A stretch of DNA of 64,000 bases from the human T2T-CHM13v2.0 reference genome, Homo sapiens: the NCBI RefSeq assembly GCF_009914755.1, contig NC_060936.1. The stretch is one strand, 5' to 3'. Position numbers and translations under genes: made by a program. Shown here piece after piece: positions 33,387 through 47,751 of this stretch. The notes beneath the pieces are model-generated. The model was not told the DNA's origin and did no database searches. It saw only the letters and a program-made list of their open reading frames with translations. Each line of letters begins with the position of its first letter. The stretch's first letter is position 1.

Positions 33387-34136
33387 TCTTACAGTACGTA
33401 GTTAGTCAGGCATGAGTAGGGCAGAAGAAGGCTCCCACCACCCACAAGGAATGTCAAGTGGCCATCAGCTGATGGCCTGGCAGTTGACACCCTGCCTCTC
33501 TAAAAATAATAATTGATCATAGGTGCCAGGGAGAGGCATTTCACAATAAATAAAAACGCTTAAAATTGGTAGTCAGCAGCTCAGGAATAGGGTGAGTAGG
33601 CTGAGGCATGCGTGTTAAGAGAGAAAATGGTGGAATATGACCTTCTGTGGGCATTCCACCAAAAAAGGGAAGAATGCCTCAGGCAAGCATGTGTACAATT
33701 CCAGTAAACACACTGCGCATACTCACCTCTAAAGTGTTAGCAAGCTACCATGCATGTGAGCAGCCCACCCTAAGGGGCTGAATCATGGAAAAAGGAACAC
33801 AAGACCCTAAGAGAAGAATCGTGGGAAAAGGAACACAAGACCCCAGAAGTATACCAACATATAAAACCACAAGTCAAAGGTGTGACACTGCACTTGATCT
33901 CCAAAGTGCCCACTGTGGTCTCTTCCAAGTGTCTTCCAAGAGACTTCCAATAAAGTCTCTTCCTTTCTTTCCTGCTCTCTTTTTAATAAACTTCCATTCC
34001 TGCTCAGAAACTTCCTTCAGTCTCTTCTTACGTATGCCCCTCAGTTGAATTCCTTCCTCTGGGGAGGCAAGACTTGACGTTGCTGCAGACTCGTATGAAA
34101 TTGCCACCAGTAAACCAGATATTGGCCACCCCAGCA
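33387..34136 (+). mobile_element. Solo LTR MER50 (ERV1)
   Basis: Starts TCTTACAGTACGTAGTTAGTCAGGCATGAGTAGGGCAG (MER50 5' consensus); ends CAGCA; 4-bp TSD GGGC/GAGC. Confidence 0.8.
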
Positions 34137-34341
34137 GAGCCTGAACTAACACTAATATCTAGGTACCCCAAAGACAACGTGTTCCATGAGATGGAATGGG
34201 AGATTTTCTTTTTAATGTTCTTTTGTTTTTTGTGTTATTTGCCTTAGATTTTTTTTAGAGACACAGCCTCAATCTGTCACCCAGGCTGTATCTAGTACAG
34301 TGGCATGATCATTACTCACTACAGCCTTGAACTCCTGGGTT

Positions 34342-35474
34342 TGTAACAGATTGCCCCATTTTTTTCTAAGAAAAAGAGAATGATTTACTGTTTTTTTAAT
34401 TATTATTTTCTCTTCTCTTCTCTCCCCTTTCTCTTTGTTCCCTGTATCCTGCTTAGCCCTTCATAAATGCAAATATAACCTTTCACTCCCACTCACTAGA
34501 CATTCCCTACAGGGCACATTTTCAAACTTAGTGCTCCAAGACAGATTCTCCTGAGAACTGACAGTCAATTTGCAGACCAAAGCACACCCGCCACAGAATT
34601 TTTACCTCCAGAAAGTGGACCTGGAAATTCCAGGCTCTTCTCCACTCTAGGAATTACCCAAGGGCTTTCATCCAACAGGAGGGCATATGGAAAACATACC
34701 CACTTGGCCACTTTTATAACGTATTTCTGCAAAGGAAGGCACCAATTCAACTATCTGGTAGTGTAGGGGTTCAGTCAGAATGGTAGGGAAAAGTATAAAA
34801 CAAAACAAAAACCTTCTTGGAAGACCAAAAGTTTTTGCATAGCTTCAGATAGTTTGGCTGAAGGCAGCCAGTCTCTTTGCCGGAGCCTGGGCACTTGGGG
34901 CACAGATACAAAGGAATGTATAGTAGTTTATCTAAAGAGCTTGTTTACTCAGGTAGTCCTAAAGCTAACCTTTCATCACTCACAGGCAGGATTGCTCTCC
35001 TGGGGGAAGGTGACCAGGTTGATTACCCTCTAATGGTGTTGACTCAAAGCGTTTGTCATTTAATGTGTTCTAAATAAATGCCAAGAAGGCCAGCAATTTG
35101 GGGCGGCAGCTGACAGCACTCTTCCTTAGAGTCTGTAAGTGGCCAGGATGCTCAGCTGGACTGACAAGCAAAATATATGTGTCGGTGTATATTACTCCTC
35201 TGTCATTGAGTCAGGGTCTGCAGGACAGACCCCCGCATGGTAGAAAAGGCACCAAGCTTGCAGGAGGACCCTCTACCCTTGCTCAATAACCCCCCTTATC
35301 TTATAAAAGTGTCTGCTTTCTGCTCCAAAGGTGAAGTGGTACACTTAAAGGCAGGACTCTTTGTGCCCCTTCCCCAAGCTAGGTTTGGAATAAATTCATT
35401 ACTTTTCTACCAGGCATCACTCTTGTTAACAGTACTCTGGATGTGGCCAGCAACTGACTCACATATTGCTTTTA
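34342..35474 (+). mobile_element. MER4-group ERV1 solo LTR (LTR29/LTR48-like) inserted in an AluJ
   Basis: Starts TGTAACAGATTGCCCCATTTTTTTCTAAGAAAAAGAG; 4-bp TSD GGTT (34338-34341 and 35475-35478); the Alu resumes at the exact break. Confidence 0.75.
34762..35237 (+). mobile_element. Solo LTR22 (HERV-K HML-5) nested in the ERV1 LTR
   Basis: TGTAGGGGTTCAGTCAGAATGG ... GGGTCTGCAGGACAGACCCCCGCA; perfect 6-bp TSD TGGTAG. Confidence 0.85.
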
Positions 35475-36537
35475 GGTTCAAGGGAGTATCCTGCCTCAGC
35501 CTCCTGGATAACTGGGACTACAGGTGAGCACCACCATGCCAAACTAATTTTTTGTTGTTGTTTTTTCTTTTTTTAGTTTTTGTACAGACAGGCTCTCACC
35601 ATGAAGCCCAGGGTGGTCTGGAACTCCTGGCCTCAACAGATATTCCCAACTGTGCCTACCAAAGTGTGGAGACTGCAAGCATGAGCCGTCATACCCAGCC
35701 TGCACTGGGAGTTTTTGAAGGTTAGATGCTACCTAGAGTTTTGACTCATGTCCATCCCAAAGTGAATCTGATCAGTTTGCTGTTATTACCTCTTCCTGAA
35801 TGTGTAATTGAAATGGACACACATGGCAGCTGGCAGGACTCTCACTTTCTTCCTGACCTGTAGAGTAAGGGACACTATTAGAGCAGGACCAAGGCGAAGC
35901 CTGCGAAATTCTCCTCCACTGGCAACAAGGATTGAAAAATAATAATCACATTCTCCAAGGAATGGAATTGATCACTACCATGACAAAACACTTGAAAGTT
36001 ACAGGGGATGGTAGTCTTTTTACATCCCTCTCCACTTAACCTAACTGGTCTCTACCAAAATCAGATGCATTATAAAATGAGGGCAGAGTTCCATAAATTT
36101 AAATCACTACTTACAAATGCTCTCTAGGATAAGGTATCTTCCCTGAGCAGAGCAGAGCTTCTGGCACTTTGCATGTGGCTCTTGATTTAGTGAATGTTTC
36201 TTATTTTACACCCATGGGTGGGTCAGGAGATTAAAACAATTGACCTTTGTGTGGTAAGAACAAAAACGCTGCTTCAGTGTTTTATGTCAGGCGATGTCAC
36301 TTCTGCTCTCAGTTTAATTTACATTTTGCAAAACATCATGTTAATTTATTAATAATGTTACAGTAATTGGTGCAATAACCAGGAAATGGAAAGTTTCCTA
36401 AATATAGTAAAATACTTGAACATTAAATAGAAATAAAATACCAGCAGAAAGAGATACACCTGATAATATTTAGAGACCTGCAACACAGATATTGTTTTTA
36501 GGGGTCCCATACTCCTAGTCCACATGTCAAAAAATCT

Positions 36538-36871
<334 letters not shown>

Positions 36872-37597
36872 TAAGGTAAATGGCATGTTGCCCTATATAT
36901 ACTTCTTATCACTAAAAAGGAAGCACAGTGTTTATTGAGCCTCTTGGGGTTTCAGAGTCCACAAATACCACAATAGAGGATATTGCTCCAACGTGTTAAT
37001 AAAGTCCTTTTTAAATCCCTGTTCAGTTAACCTACCTAGCCTCTGCCAAAACTAGATGGGTTGCAGAATGAATGCAAAGACTAGTGGTTTCAAGTGGAAT
37101 CCAGAACATAAGATATCTCTACAGCAGATATAGGCTGTGGCCAAACCTGCTCTGCCCATTGCGTCAGATGATCCAGCAGAATTCAAAGCTGCTAGAGGCA
37201 TGCATCGTGGGCATTATAGGACTCTGTGCCTGTCTCCATCAAGCCCTTAGGAGAGGAGAAAGCAAACCCCTAGGGAATTACTGCAGAACTATTCCCTCTT
37301 CAGCGGAGGAGTATCCGCTGTCTGAAAAATAAAAATGCAAGTGCAGAACATTAATCCAAGCAAAAATCCCAAAAGCACAAGACCGCGTGCAACTACACTA
37401 GTCATGTGCTTATAAAACCAGCCACAATTGGAGGGCATGAGGACATCTGAGTGGCACAAGGTGGGGACTGTATTGGGCAAAAACATGTACTTCCTCAGAT
37501 TCCCTTGACTGTGTCTCCTGTTCCCCTGGTCAGCATCTTGCCTGATCCAGATCATCTTTCCATCTGGGACTTGAATATACCTGTGGGCATGAAGTCT

Positions 37598-38136
37598 TGT
37601 AACAAAAAAGGTTAACGGCTCACTTCATGTAAAGTCTAATATAAAAAATAATAAAAAGTAATAAAAGAGTCTGATATAAAAATAGAGAATGTATTTGGAA
37701 GTTAGCTTGCGGGAAGGAGCACAAAGCATCCTGCCTTCTAATGTGACACTTCACCTTTGGAGCAGAAAGTGGATTTTTTTTTAAAGTTGGGAAGGAAATG
37801 AGCAGGACAGCCATTGTAGAAGTGGCCACCTGGGCATCCTCTCCACATCCCCTCCTAATGGATGTGAGGTCTAAGCTAAACCCTGGAGGTGACAGTTCGA
37901 TGAGGGCATACTTTTGTCTGCAAATCAACTGTCAAGTCTCAAGGAGAGATCCTTCTTGGAGCACACAGTTAGATGAACTTGCCCGAAGGGACTGTCTGGT
38001 GAGGGGAAAGTAAACAGTTCTATGTGCATGTCTAAAAAGTTAAGTAGAAAGCAGGAAACATAGGGAAAGGGGAGAGGAAAAGAGAAAAAATAAATTAAAA
38101 AAAAACTATCTCTTAGAAAAATGGGGGTATTGGTTA
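37598..38136 (-). mobile_element. MER4-group ERV1 solo LTR (LTR48-like) inserted in the ERVL LTR
   Basis: Minus strand starts TAACCAATACCCCCATTTTTCTAAGAGATAGTTT; flanks GTCT/GTGT; empty site CATGAGGTCTGACTTTC at ~22211. Confidence 0.7.
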
Positions 38137-40764
38137 GTGTGACTTTCCCAAACAGCCACCAAGGGGTTGGATAATGTAAGGAAGAAAAGCAAAGATGGTA
38201 GTTCTGCCTCAAACAATCTTTGGCCAAAGGAAAATAGAAGACAGAAGACAGCTAGGATACATTCTCCCTTTTCTCTCCTCCATGGACTAATATTTGTTGT
38301 GGCTTCCCCTTGTAACCCTTCTGGAAAAGTACGGGGAGCCAAGTGCATGTATCTGATGACCACCATGCTGTCTGTCTCACCTCATTGTGAAGCGACAACT
38401 GGCAAAGTCATATCAACATCATGACACATGATTTTACATCTTCCTTTGCCTCAGTTTCCACATGTATCCCTCATTGCTGCCCTGGACTTGCCTTCCCAAA
38501 TAAATGTCATCACTGTAAAATCAGACATTGGCTCTAGTTCTAGACACCCAAAGCTAAGATATACATTCATCTGAATCACTTTTCCATGTGTTTATAACGT
38601 GGCAATTAAAACATTCATTTAGAAAGGATACTAAACAAAATAATATACAAATAATTTGTAAGTAAGGTGAGTGGTTACTAACTCAATTTTTAAAAATGAA
38701 ATACCTTTTTTGTGTATCTAATAACCAGCTAAAAAATATCACAATACAAATATATCATTCACAGTAGAAAGTGATTAGGTACGTTTACAACCAGCTTAAC
38801 CAGTTGCAAAGTTTGCTAGCTTTTATTTTTACTTCTTTTGAGTTCACTTCTTTTGTATCAGCAAAGCATTGAAGGCAGCATAAGTCATAATGAAGGAGAA
38901 AGAGACATTCCCTAAAAACAAAAGTGTGTTTAGCAGCTACTGGGAAGTTCCCTAACATTCTTGTCATGGGGTCAGCTAGCCCCGAGCAGCTGGCACACAC
39001 TGCTGACCCTGACCCTGTGCAAATATACCAAAATCTTTAATATGCTTTTCAAAAAGCATTAGAATAAGTGCCATCTAATTTTGACGTTCCACCTTGTCTC
39101 TACTTCACACACCTGATATAGCTACAGCAAAGCTATATTACAGTGATATTTCCCCTAGAATTTTGGAACAGTCAAACTTTTGCTCTGAGAAATGCTTCTT
39201 CTTTGATAAGCCTATAACCTCAACCTGAAACTAGAAAATTCAAGCAACTGCAGATTTTGTGATGAGTTTCATTGTCATTGGTTTACCACAACAAATTATC
39301 CATTTATCCAATCACTTATGTGTTCATTAATATATTCTTTTGACCAACTATTCTTTGTGCTGGCTTTTAGATCCTGTGAGTCAAGAGAAAGCAAGACAGC
39401 TATTACCTCTCTTTTTATGCTGATTACATAGTACTAGGGAAGATGTATGATAAACAAAATGTATGTGTGTATATATATATTATATATATATAATATGAGG
39501 AGTTGATTTATTTTAAGGTTGAGATAACAATGTTAAAATTTCATAACACCAAGAATGAATATAGTCACACAGAATTTAGCTGTTCCACAAGGCTGTAGAT
39601 TACCTTCTTATAATAGAACTTGGTATCAATGGATACATCAGCACACTTTGTATCATTTCACCATTTACATCATTATAATAAAGTCATTAATATATTTCCT
39701 ATCATCAATATATAGATTTCACAGGCAATTTTTAACATTTGAAGAAAGTTTCATTCGATTATCATCTATAGTTTCTACACCCTGTTTATGTTGGGCTTTT
39801 TTTTTTAAAGAAAGGGAATATTTGAGTTTTTTTGAGGAATATCAGGAATGGGAGACAAAGAAGAATATTGGAAATTCAGAGGCTCAGAGGTTGCTAAGCA
39901 AAATAAATGGAAATACTTGACATCAGATGTCAACTTCAAAAAAGATTTTCTTTAACTCAAAAGGTGGAAGAAATGATTTTTCTAACTACACTTAAAAAAT
40001 TATAATAGCACTGAAATGATCATGGTTTTGTTTCTTCATTCCTATTATAGAAATGATTTTTTTCTAAGCTATTCACATACTGGTATTAAATCTAGTATTC
40101 TTTAGTACAGTTTTGTTATACATATACAAAATTTGCCTTCCCAAAGGCAAATACATATACTCTACATGTTTGTCACTGATTTTATTTAATATGTACACTA
40201 ATTTTATTGTGTACATCATTATCTAACAAAAATTCTATTTGCTTTATACTAAAAGTAAAGTAAGAATTCATAATGAAATAAAACCTACTACAAAGATACA
40301 GTCTCATCATTGATTTAGAATTGAATGTCTTTACCATCCAGAAAATGAGAGGTTCAAACAATGATAGTTAAGTACATGTATGTGGTACAAATTACAATGG
40401 AAAACAGCAATGATTTTCTGATAAATGCTGTAATTTCTTAATTACAAAGAGAGATAAATTCTTCAAATGAAATATCATACAATTAGCTATCATAAAATAC
40501 ACATACTTATATATGTGAAATATACTAGGCTTCATAATTTATGGTCAATGTTATTATTCACACACATGCACACATATACACCCATACGTATTTTATATAT
40601 ATATGAATTTTATATATATTATATATATATAAAAGACTATCCTAGGAATCTGTTTTGAAATTACTCACATACATACACTACAACAAACTGACAGAAATAT
40701 AAAACGTTCTAGACACCATCAGTTTCTTTTCTGCTAAAAGACACACCATGCTCCCCTTGTGAAT

Positions 40765-41694
40765 CTATGGAGTTGAGGGTTTCTGTTATTTCACCCAGCA
40801 CGTCACCTGACACAAAACTGAAAGAGAGGTCTGTTTTAGCTTCCTACTTCTCATAATCAGGATGAATGAGTGGAATGAAGGATACATGATTGCAAGAGTT
40901 TGGTAAAGCAGGAATACAAGATTGCTCTGCTGTGTCCTAGGATTCCAAGTTGATGTGATTATACACAGAAAGTAAATGGCAAATAACATACGGAAGGAGA
41001 TAACAGTTTGCAAAGGTTTTATATGGACCTTGGTGCTGAGATCTTGAGATCCTTTGCCATGGAGCTGCATCATCTTGAGATGTTTACACGGAGAACAGAC
41101 TAACAGCAGAAAAGATATTAGAGTCAGAATGAACAGTGTGAAGTTTGCTAGCATGGTTGGTTATAGTCATGTTTGAAAGGTGTATTGCATTCCTCAATTC
41201 GATCTTCCAAGTCACATTTCCTTCAAATTCTTTTGTCCACACACTGTCATCCATGGTTACCACAGCAAGATTACAAATCAAAAATACCAAGGACCCCAAC
41301 AGTATCACAAGAAGAACACTCTTAATTCTCTTCTTTAGGTGGAGAAAAATAAAATTGGAGAAATTGGCAATCTTGAACAAATAAAATATGCTGAGGCTCG
41401 TAGCAAGCCAAATGCTGAAATGATTGATTATTGCCGAGACATTAGAAGGAACAATTCTTACTTCTAAACTATATAAAGCTGAATTAAACACAGTTGCATA
41501 CCAATGTAATAATATGATCAAAGTAAACCAATTCTGGAGAATGCCAGAGCAGTGACAATTTGGTCAGTTGAGGAGATCTTTTGTGTCTTAACCCAGTCAT
41601 TGACATTAATTAGAGCTATGAAGCCATTGGCAACATTTCCAAGAACAAATGCAAACACTACCAGAATTGATAAAATGATGAGCAGAACACATAT
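40765..41694 (-). pseudogene. TAS2R64P: TAS2R pseudogene (TAS2R64P-like; could be another CNV-haplotype paralog)
   Basis: Start ATG lost by a 3-bp deletion (TCAAAC-ATA-TGT-GTT-CTG...); 1-bp deletion at ~41519; 4-bp GGTT duplication at 41155-41162; premature TAA at 40786; ancestral TAG at 40765. Closest paralog of the 9657-10586 pseudogene. Confidence 0.7.
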
Positions 41695-44600
41695 GTTTGA
41701 ACAACAAAAAAAAAAAAATGCAGGCTTAATAACACTGGTTGTGATTCCCTTAATATCCAGACATTAACTTCGATAAACACTTGATTTCTAAATGTGCAGT
41801 AACATTTTCTGCCTTTAAGTTCTCTAATGTCAACAGGAAAGCACCAGCATATGCCAATGGATGAATTCAAAGCTGTCTTTAGGGAAAATATTATTAATCT
41901 CAAAACAGCTGAAACTCATTCCTCTTTATAGACTATCTGTCCTTGCTATATGCTGAAATGTTTTATACTGATGTTGAAGTCAAAAGTGAATTCTCGTGTG
42001 TTAGTATGCAAATAAAGCCATATTCTTTTTCATTGTTTTGCAATTTTTTTCTTGTTTAACCTCTCCATAATTTGTATCCAGCATCTTCAGTTGTTACATA
42101 GGGAAATTTTAAAACCCAATACATATATCATACAGTAAATGTCTAAATTGTTAAAGGAGCTTGGTCATAAATAGGATCATATCAATATGGATTTATTTTT
42201 ATGCCAGATTTAAATACCAGATTCTAAACCTTTTGTCAAAATCATCCAAGGTTATCTTGGAAAGTCCTGTGAGGCCAATACACCTGAAAATCTGGTTTCT
42301 GATAACCAATACATTTATATGACATTATTGTTAATAAGCTCCTAAACACATAGACACACATGCACTCACACCATTAGGGGATGGAAGGAATTATTTTCTT
42401 ATTACTCACCAAATGGAAAACGAGTTTCCAGGAGGTCATCCAGGTAGAATTAGTACTATTTTCCTATTCAGCGTTGTCAGACAATGAATAATGTTTATCA
42501 AACATGTTTCTTATGCTTAGGTCTTTGGTAAATTTACATTCAAGTCTGTTTTTTGTTTAAATTTTAATTAAAATATTCAGCAATTTTGTAAATGTTTCTA
42601 AGTACCCTACATTTTGTCATATAATCCTGCAGTATCCTCCCACCATAGGCAGGGTGACTACCTTGAACTTGGACTCTAAATTCACTCCTCTAATTTGCTT
42701 CAGTCAACAGGAAGTTAGTAGACTTTACACAGATATTTAAGACAGCTTCCATGTTGGAGTTTCCTGCTCTTTTCCTTTTACCATGAGGACATCATCTGGC
42801 TAGTACACTGTTCCCAGAAGAAGAATGAGAAACTAATGGAGTCAGAATGCCACTACCTGATCCAGCCTAAATCAGCCAAACTAGCTGCAAGATGCAGTAT
42901 GTGGCCCATCTCCAATCACCAGAGCCATCTGCCAAACCAAGCTTAGAAAAATGAAATCCAAAGACTTATGAGACACAAATATCTAAAGCAGTTTTGGAGG
43001 ATTTTCTCTTGCAGAAAAACATAACTGATATAGGTATTCTGCTAAACTAAGAGTGTGGGTAACATGACCACCCTTGTTGTGTTAGGAATTCTGGATCCAA
43101 GGGAAAAATAGATGGAGAATGTCAAAGTTTTGTCATATGAAGTAGATAATTAAACCTAGAAGAAAAACCTATTGAAAAACGTGGGGTTGGCAGGTAACAT
43201 CATGTCAAATTTCCAAAAGTTACAACTAAAATCAGAACATTTCTACTTAAAACCTCTTAGAGTTATACATGAATGTATACAAATAGTGGATTTTTCCCTT
43301 CAGTATATAATGAGCAGAGTAATAATAATTTCATGGAACATTTCTCCTCATTAACAATTTTTGTATTGTAACTAGAGTGCACACTTAGAAATGAGCCAAA
43401 ACAAAACTGGGAAGCATAGCAATGTGTCATAAATACTCATGTAATCATCATGTAGGGCAAGACATGGAAAATTGCTAAGAGCCTAGGTTTACCTCAATGC
43501 CACTTTCCAATCTGCTACACGTTTCTTCACATCTCCTGTGATAAGCAACATCCATAATTTATGTTGATCTTTTTAAAATTTTCTTTATACTTTACCAACT
43601 AGGTATGCGACCCTAAACTCAATAGCTTGGTTTGGCCTTCTTTGAACTGTGTATAGGTGCAATTCTATATGTTCTTATTCATGGCTTCCTGAAATCAACA
43701 TTCTGTATCAGAAATTTAATCCCATAGTTGCATGTACATGTGATTTATTTCATTTCATTTCTCCATATTTTTCCATTTTATGATTTTACTGTAATTATTT
43801 ATCCATCTTTATTTGATATATATTTGGGCAGCTTATTTTTTAGCTATTATGAATAATGCTTCAATGACCTACATCATTTACTACAATTCTTTTGCATATA
43901 TATACCTGGGTGTAGAATTACAGGGTCCTTGATTATGATGTTCAAATTATCTGCACAGACATAGAAAAGCCCAAAACATAGTCTAACTAAATTTATTCCT
44001 GTCACCTTTATCTCCAGTCTCTTTATTGCCATTTGCATATATCTTATCAATTATAAATTTAATCTAACAAGACAATAATTTTTATACAGTCAACATTTAT
44101 TTAGAATTACACTTATTTTTCATTGTCAATAATTTTTATTGCTCCTTGCATGTTCAACTTTGCATTTGCAGTCATTTTTATTTTCTCTGAAAAATATTTT
44201 CAATTTCTGTTTATGAAGTTCTACTACTCTTTGGAAATGCACTGAAGACATGTTTCCATTGAGTTCCTTCTTCCATGTTTTCTGTTAAAATCAGGTTGTA
44301 TTTAGAATGCAGTTCTTTTCAACACACGACATACTCTATCTTCCACCTCTCGCTACTTTTCAGATTTTCTATTGGTCTTTGGTGTCCTGTATTATTTTAT
44401 GCTAATTTGGTTTAATTTATCATGCTTGAAGTTTGAGATTACTAAAAATATATGGAGGAATACATTTTATCACTTTTGGAAAAATCCTTGCAACATTTCT
44501 CTTGCTTGATTTTCTCTCCTCTAATCTTACAGAACTCCAGAAGTATGTTAGGTGTTCTGACTGTAGCATCAATGTGATACCCTCTAGCTTGGTATATTTC

Positions 44601-47380
44601 CATCTGTTTCTCTCTATGCTTCATTCTGTTTAGCTATCTTCCAATTCACTAATTCTCTCTTCTACTGCATCTAACAGGCTAATTCTGTCTATTGGATTCT
44701 CAATATTGATAATTCATTTTTTTGGTCTTATTGTTTTAGTGTTCAGAATAATCTTTTATTCTCCTTCCATAAATCATTTTCTATAGGGAAACTGAACAAA
44801 CTACTCTTAACACCATGTTATTTTTAAAAGTGTTTTAGATTTTGGGGTTTTTATGTTTTTTGTTTTAGTATGCTAGAAATGAAAATGGTAACAGTTTTCT
44901 TTTCCCAACACTTGGTCAGAGAATAGAATAAAAAGTTTGTCTTGGAACTTACCTTCAATTTGAAAGAAACTGGAAATTAAGTTGATGTGAGTAGATGTTT
45001 TTGGATATTAGCTTGTCTGTTGCTGGCTCCTCACCACAAACTCTGCCCACAGGGGAACTCAATGAGCAGCACTGGATCTCAAAATATCATGGCAATAGAT
45101 AAAATATAGTTCATCTACCACAGCTACATTGCTGTATTCAATGAATTAATTTTCACTTTGCTTATGTTGTAGAAATGGGGCTCTGTGCCTCTGAACCCCA
45201 TCATTACCTAAATGAAATAGAGAAGATGTGGGGGAAGGCTTACTTCTCTTTGATTTATTTAGCCCTAAAATCCTCTCTTTGTAAATCAGAGCTTGATCAT
45301 GAAATGGTTTATTTTTCTTATTAAGGAATTTTATTTATACTAAAATCAAAATCTTTTTTATAGTGTTTCTTGGTTTAGTTTAATGTCATCTACAATTGTT
45401 TTCTTAAGCAATGTATGTTAAACTACACTACACTTAACTTTCTAAATCTAAATGTATTTATTGTTACTTGAACTTTGCTGTTTACTAATGTAACTTTCCC
45501 ACAATGATATCTCTTAGAAATTACATAGATGTTACGAAATTATGTATGTAAATATTTCAAAAATAAATCATTTCATAAAACAGATGTAAATAGAGATGAT
45601 GATAATAATGATGATGATGTCAACTAAAAGGGAGAATGTTACCAAATAACTGTGATTTGGGTCTTCTTTTCAAAGTACTGGAGTTAAGGGTGATGGGAGA
45701 ACACTCTTATTCTTCCTCATGGATTTACAATTTTTTTTTTTTTCTCAGATGAAGTTTCTCCCTTGTCACCCAGGCTGGAGTGCAATGGCACAATCTCGGC
45801 TTGCAGAAACCTCTGCCTCCCTGATTCAATCAATTCTCCTGCCTCAGCCTCCCAAGTACCTATGATTACAGGTGCCCACCACCCCACCCGTCAATTTTTG
45901 TATTTTTAGTAGAGACAGGGTTTCACTATGTTGGCCAGGCTGGTCTGGAACTCCTGACCTCAGGGAATCCACTGCCTTGGCCTCCTAGAGTGCTGGGATT
46001 ACAGGCATGAGCCACTGTGCTTGGCACCATTCTTATATTATTCTCAGAATCAGGCCTAGACAAATAACCTCATATAGTATTTCATCAGGAATAACGCAAA
46101 GCCAACACATTTCCAATGATTTACTTGCTATTTTTTTTCTTTCACCACATTCTAAAAATTATGGCAAAAGTGACCTAAAGCAAATAATACTCTTTTTTTG
46201 GCTGTTTAGTTTTGGTCCAGTTTCATATGAACTTACACAAATACTCTGTGCAATTATAGACTGAATAAGCTTCATTTCATCTTTTAATAGCATCATTACC
46301 AAGTTAAATTCTCTTGACTGCTTATTTACATTCTCAGCTACTGTCACAAAATCTGGGTGTTTTTATTATAGCAGTCAAAGTAACTACACTAAATATGTTT
46401 TATGCCTTAATAAAATTATCTTTCTACTAATTTTTCTCTAATATTAAAAAAATTTGCAGTATCAAAATATTTTTCCTTACACATGTGTACACATGCATGG
46501 TATTATAATCTTTGAATGGTAAAAATATGTGTATAATTATTTCATTTAAAGATAAATTTAGAAAAATTGTCCTATACATTTAATATCTATACTACTATAA
46601 TTTATTGGAAATTCACTAATTTCTGCCACTTTGAAATGTTATCATAAATAATTAAATTGGAAATAAGAAAAAAATGTGTCCAGTAAAATATAAGTGCTCA
46701 AAATCTGATGTTTCAAAGTAAGAATAACATTAGGAATGTGGAGGTAGTCTTCCTGCTTATCTCTTCCTTTTTCTAATTAATTTAAAAAAAAGTTTAAAAT
46801 TTTATCTTGGATTTATTACTATCATAATGCTCTATTCTTTATTCAGCAAAAACTCTAATTACAATGATGTCTATAAGAATATGTTTGTTCAGCCTATTTT
46901 ATATTCATTCATTTAGTGTATGTTTCTACTTTTTAAATATTTTCATTATTGTGAAATATTTAATATTGTGAAACATAACATATATATATAAAGTATATAA
47001 AGTAATGAGGTCTAATGTACAGTAAAGAAAAAAATTATAGCATTAAGAGTCATGATTCCACATCATGGTCATAAAGTAGATTTCACCAGCAATCCAGACA
47101 CTCTCCATATATGCCATCTTACTGATAACATTTCCCTTTTGTTTCCTCCATCCCTACCATCCCAATTGTTAGGATAATCACTCATATGTCTCACCTTAGA
47201 ATTTCACCACCAGTGTAATAAATTTCAATTTATTAAAAATACATTTTTGTAAACTTTATATAAATGGAATTATACTGAATCATTTTTTCAAACTTAATTC
47301 CTCTCATATCTATGTAGTTCAAATTTCTTCATTTTTCTTTTTATTTATATTCTTTGTAAACATGTCACTCTAGCTGGTTC

Positions 47381-47751
47381 CGTTAGGACAACTAAATTCC
47401 TCTTTAAAGACTCAACTTCCCAGCCATAAGTTGTAAATGTTGTAAATGAATCCTACCTCCCACCCCTCTTTCTTTTTGCAAAATGTGCGTTTACCCTATT
47501 TGGAAAAGTTTAAGTCTAAGCCATTCAGGATCAGCTTAGATTGTGCAATCCAACCCCAGCCAATAAGGGAAGGACACAGAAACAGGAACTGTGTTAGGAT
47601 TAAAAACTCCTTCCCTCCTTTGTTAGGTATGCTCTTCTCTTGGGATTGTAACAGGTGCAAGCAGCACCCTTCTGCTGACGTAAAGGTGCCTTGCTGAGAA
47701 ATTGTCCAAGTGGGGATTTCTTTTGGCTACTCCGAGCACATGTCTCCAACA
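47381..47751 (+). mobile_element. Solo LTR, MER61-like (ERV1)
   Basis: CGTTAGGACAACTAAATTCCTC ... TCTCCAACA; 4-bp TSD GTTC; empty site at ~17153. Confidence 0.75.

Noticed and set aside
39555-39920. 121-aa plus-strand ORF
   Set aside because: Not open in the paralogous segments (~8.6 kb, ~23.4 kb, ~53 kb); likely a chance ORF.
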